37,822 nt of DNA, taken from positions 1-37,822 of the IMG/VR virus record IMGVR_UViG_3300035527_000247. The stretch is one strand, 5' to 3'. Origin of the DNA: a virus (Duplodnaviria > Caudoviricetes). Both the position numbers and the translations under genes were made by a program. This document shows, one piece after another, positions 35,674 through 37,822 of this stretch (the first letter of the stretch is position 1; every line of letters starts with the position of its first letter). Under the pieces are notes generated by a model. It was not told where the DNA came from. It ran no database searches and was given only the letters and a program-made list of their open reading frames with translations.

Positions 35674-37251
35674 TTACTCCTCACTTCGATTGTTAGGTTC
35701 TGTGCCGTCCTCATCTGCGTCGTCACCATTACCTGTATCTTCCTGCACAACTTTTTCGAGTCCGAGTTCCTTGATTTTTTCTTCTTCACGTTTTCTTTGT
35801 TCAAAACATTCCTCCCAGTCTTTGCCTTGAGCCGAAAAAAGATCTGAGTAGGTAACGATCCCGTTTTTAATCCCGACTTCTGCGGCTTTGGCTTCTTTAA
35901 GCGGATCAACCCATTCCCATCCCGGAGTTATCCATGAAGCATTAACCCAGTTCTGCCTTTTCTCATAAAAAGGAATCGTACCGAGATCGCCCCGCAAATA
36001 CGCTTCCTCGAGAACCATGTCCCAGACCGGCTGGCATAGCTTGCGTGCGAGCCATTCCTGACGCACCTTAAAATATCTGCGGGCTTCCAAGAGAGCCGCC
36101 CTTGCGCTGGAATAATTTGTCTTTGAAAAATCTTTTGCGACTAACTCGTAAGGAAGCCCAAGAGCCGCTGAAATCGCCCTGAGCATTTTTTCAACAAACG
36201 GCTCAAACGTTGCGCTCGGTCGTTGGGGATTAAACGAAGTAACAGATTCACCGGGAAGAAGATGTTTAATCATTCCCGGCTCAAGAGATTCTATTAATTG
36301 ATTCTTAAAATTTCGGTCGTATCCTGTGTTAACATCCATTGATGATTCGGACGTGATAAATATCGAGAAGCAGGCCGCAATCCGAGCCGCTACAAGTTCG
36401 GCTTCCGCATATTCAGATAAATCCTTAAAGTATGTAAGAACAGGGGCAAAGAACGGAACACCCCGGGTCTGCCCTGAACGCTGTACCGGATACAGATGAA
36501 ACACATTCGCACGGCCGTACTGATTGCGTGCGGGAATTTCGACAAACTTCCTGTCATCAGCCTTTGAGTAACGGTAATCGCCGGGATGCATTTTCTGGAT
36601 GAAATAGGAAACCGGCTCGCCGTTTTCACCGATACGCACACCTGCTCTGATAGTTTTATCTCCACGTTTTTCCGGAGGCGTGGCAAGCCTGTCGGCTTCG
36701 ATAACCTGAAGGGCAAGTGAGTAAGGGCGATTTTTATCCTTTATCATTACCGGAATGATAATAGCTTCGCCGTTCTCAAGAATCTGACGGTCAACTAACT
36801 GCTGTATTTCATAGAAGTCCATGCGATTCCCCGCATCAGCGAATGGAAGCCATATCTTCCACACTCGTTCGGCTTTTTTCTGGAACTTAGCCGCTTTGCT
36901 CTCACTGACCCCGAGAACCTCACGGTCAACACGGCTTTGCGGTCTAATCCCAGTCCCGACAACATTCGTTGTCATTGTGTTTGTAATCCCTGAAGCGTGT
37001 GCGTCATTACGGTTTAAATCCCGGCTACGTTCCCTGAGGTCAGGAAGATCAGGAATGATATCCTGATCCGCAGAACCGCCACCGGGAAGCCAAGATGAAC
37101 GCATACGGTTTCTTTCAGCGCCACGGTAAGCCCCAAACTTCTCGGAGATCTTAATCGCCTGCCTGAACATGCGCCTTTTAAATGCGGTCTTAGGCGAGAA
37201 GAAGCCAATAAAACCGTCAAATGTATCTGCAATTTTTTCTGTTATCTTCAT
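35674..37251 (-). CDS. Portal protein, lambda family
   Basis: LRERSRDLNRND, VGTGIRP, LQVIEADRL, GQTRGVP, NYSSARAALLE, WVDPLKE. Confidence 0.95.
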   Translation of the reverse strand: MKITEKIADTFDGFIGFFSPKTAFKRRMFRQAIKISEKFGAYRGAERNRMRSSWLPGGGSADQDIIPDLPDLRERSRDLNRNDAHASGITNTMTTNVVGTGIRPQSRVDREVLGVSESKAAKFQKKAERVWKIWLPFADAGNRMDFYEIQQLVDRQILENGEAIIIPVMIKDKNRPYSLALQVIEADRLATPPEKRGDKTIRAGVRIGENGEPVSYFIQKMHPGDYRYSKADDRKFVEIPARNQYGRANVFHLYPVQRSGQTRGVPFFAPVLTYFKDLSEYAEAELVAARIAACFSIFITSESSMDVNTGYDRNFKNQLIESLEPGMIKHLLPGESVTSFNPQRPSATFEPFVEKMLRAISAALGLPYELVAKDFSKTNYSSARAALLEARRYFKVRQEWLARKLCQPVWDMVLEEAYLRGDLGTIPFYEKRQNWVNASWITPGWEWVDPLKEAKAAEVGIKNGIVTYSDLFSAQGKDWEECFEQRKREEEKIKELGLEKVVQEDTGNGDDADEDGTEPNNRSEE

Positions 37252-37457
37252 ACCGGATTATCAAACCTCACATATGATGTGCGGGACATTCCGCTTGCGA
37301 CTTCCTGCTTAAGCTGATCCCGCAGTTTCATCAATTCTGATAAAGTGATGTACTGCAAATTGCGCCCGCCGATCGAATAAGACTGAACAGCTCCACCGGT
37401 CATGCGTGCGTTAATTGCGTTCTCAACGTTCTCGAGCATTTCCTTTTTCGTTGCCAT
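37248..37457 (-). CDS. gpW-like head-tail adaptor
   Basis: 69 aa with QSYSIGGRNLQY..L.EL; immediately before the portal with an ATGA overlap. Confidence 0.8.
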   Translation of the reverse strand: MATKKEMLENVENAINARMTGGAVQSYSIGGRNLQYITLSELMKLRDQLKQEVASGMSRTSYVRFDNPV

Positions 37458-37479
37458 TTAATGCCTTCCGTATCCCAAT

Positions 37480-37516
37480 AAAAAAAACCACCTCCGGCCA
37501 GTCGACTGGAGATGGC
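37480..37516 (-). terminator. Intrinsic terminator in the leader of the morphogenesis operon
   Basis: Minus strand GCCATCTCC...GGAGGTGGT followed by a T-run, about 20 nt before the gpW start. Confidence 0.7.
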
Positions 37517-37576
37517 TTTTAAATACTATTGGGAGCGAGAAACAGTGATCAGCTGCCCCGCCGTTATCTTTTTTTT

Positions 37577-37605
37577 ATTATTAAACAACCTATGATTCTT
37601 GACAA
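37577..37605 (-). promoter_or_regulatory. Candidate late promoter
   Basis: Minus strand TTGTCA-N17-AATAAT; imperfect -10. Confidence 0.35.
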
Positions 37606-37633
37606 TAGGGTCGTTACCAAAATATGGAATAAT

Positions 37634-37822
37634 TCATTTTTCGCTTTCCTCAACACTTTTAAAACATGTGCCGCATTTTCTGCATTTGTGATATCGCACT
37701 GGTATGCGACTTGCATAACATGTAACATTCTTGCTTTTACATCTAGGACATTTAACAGGAACATACCGCACACCATATTCCAAGCTATCATCACTCGGTC
37801 GACCTTTTGTTTTATCAACAGG
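37634..37822 (-). CDS. Zinc-ribbon protein, Ogr/Delta-like (5' end outside the window; absent from the ORF track)
   Basis: Manual translation from 37822: PVDKTKGRPSDDSLEYGVRYVPVKCPRCKSKNVTCYASRIPVRYHKCRKCGTCFKSVEESEK*, with two CxxC pairs. Confidence 0.75.
   Translation of the reverse strand, partial: PVDKTKGRPSDDSLEYGVRYVPVKCPRCKSKNVTCYASRIPVRYHKCRKCGTCFKSVEESEK

Larger units (their letters stand above)
152..37822 (-). mobile_element. Lambda-like siphovirus prophage (late region plus distal defence cargo); continues beyond the right edge
   Basis: Co-oriented portal, protease, capsid, tail tube, tape measure and gpL/K/IJ-like genes in lambdoid order. The left boundary is only tentative, placed at the inverted repeat at 152-177. 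Confidence 0.88.

Noticed and set aside
35670-35909. 79-aa ORF overlapping the portal 3' end, and similar short ORFs nested in or antisense to long genes (e.g. 7511-8089, 17414-17860, 29069-29497)
   Set aside because: Shadow frames of well-supported genes with no recognisable motifs.
22751-37457. Tailocin or contractile injection system
   Set aside because: Portal, protease and capsid genes are present and there is no sheath or contractile baseplate gene.
37564-37818. 84-aa ORF from the track
   Set aside because: It overlaps a better frame encoding a CxxC/CxxC zinc ribbon and runs over the candidate promoter.
1-37822. CRISPR array, tRNA, rRNA or IS element
   Set aside because: No regularly spaced repeats, cloverleaf-like sequence, rRNA-like segment or transposase motif seen by eye.

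Overview
The window holds the late (morphogenesis) half of a lambda-like siphovirus prophage, almost all on the minus strand, followed by a defence cassette and a probable element boundary near position 150. Reading the minus strand from 37822: a partial zinc-ribbon gene missing from the ORF track, a structured leader with a terminator, gpW-like adaptor, lambda-family portal, protease/scaffold, decoration protein, gpE-like major capsid, head-tail and tail-completion genes, tail tube, tail chaperone with a -1 frameshift, tape measure, gpM/gpL/NlpC-P60 and a gpI-gpJ fusion. The most unusual part sits where tail-fibre genes belong (about 16356-22742). A 241-aa protein with three TDPxITxLxTE(V/I)RxxHxxExR repeats and 17 cysteines is followed by a small orphan gene and three tandem radical SAM/SPASM enzymes with overlapping start/stop codons, then a DUF1566/Lcl lectin-like protein. 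This looks like a RiPP-style system that may post-translationally modify a virion protein; that function is inferred, not shown. Downstream are a holin-like gene with no recognisable endolysin, a three-gene cassette with its own terminator, and an operon of HTH regulator, PLD-like/SNF2 helicase, DUF4391, Type III Mod and Res, an AT-rich RloC/PrrC-like ABC ATPase, a PD-(D/E)XK nuclease and an exported protein. All family calls come from motif recognition and synteny; no database searches were run.
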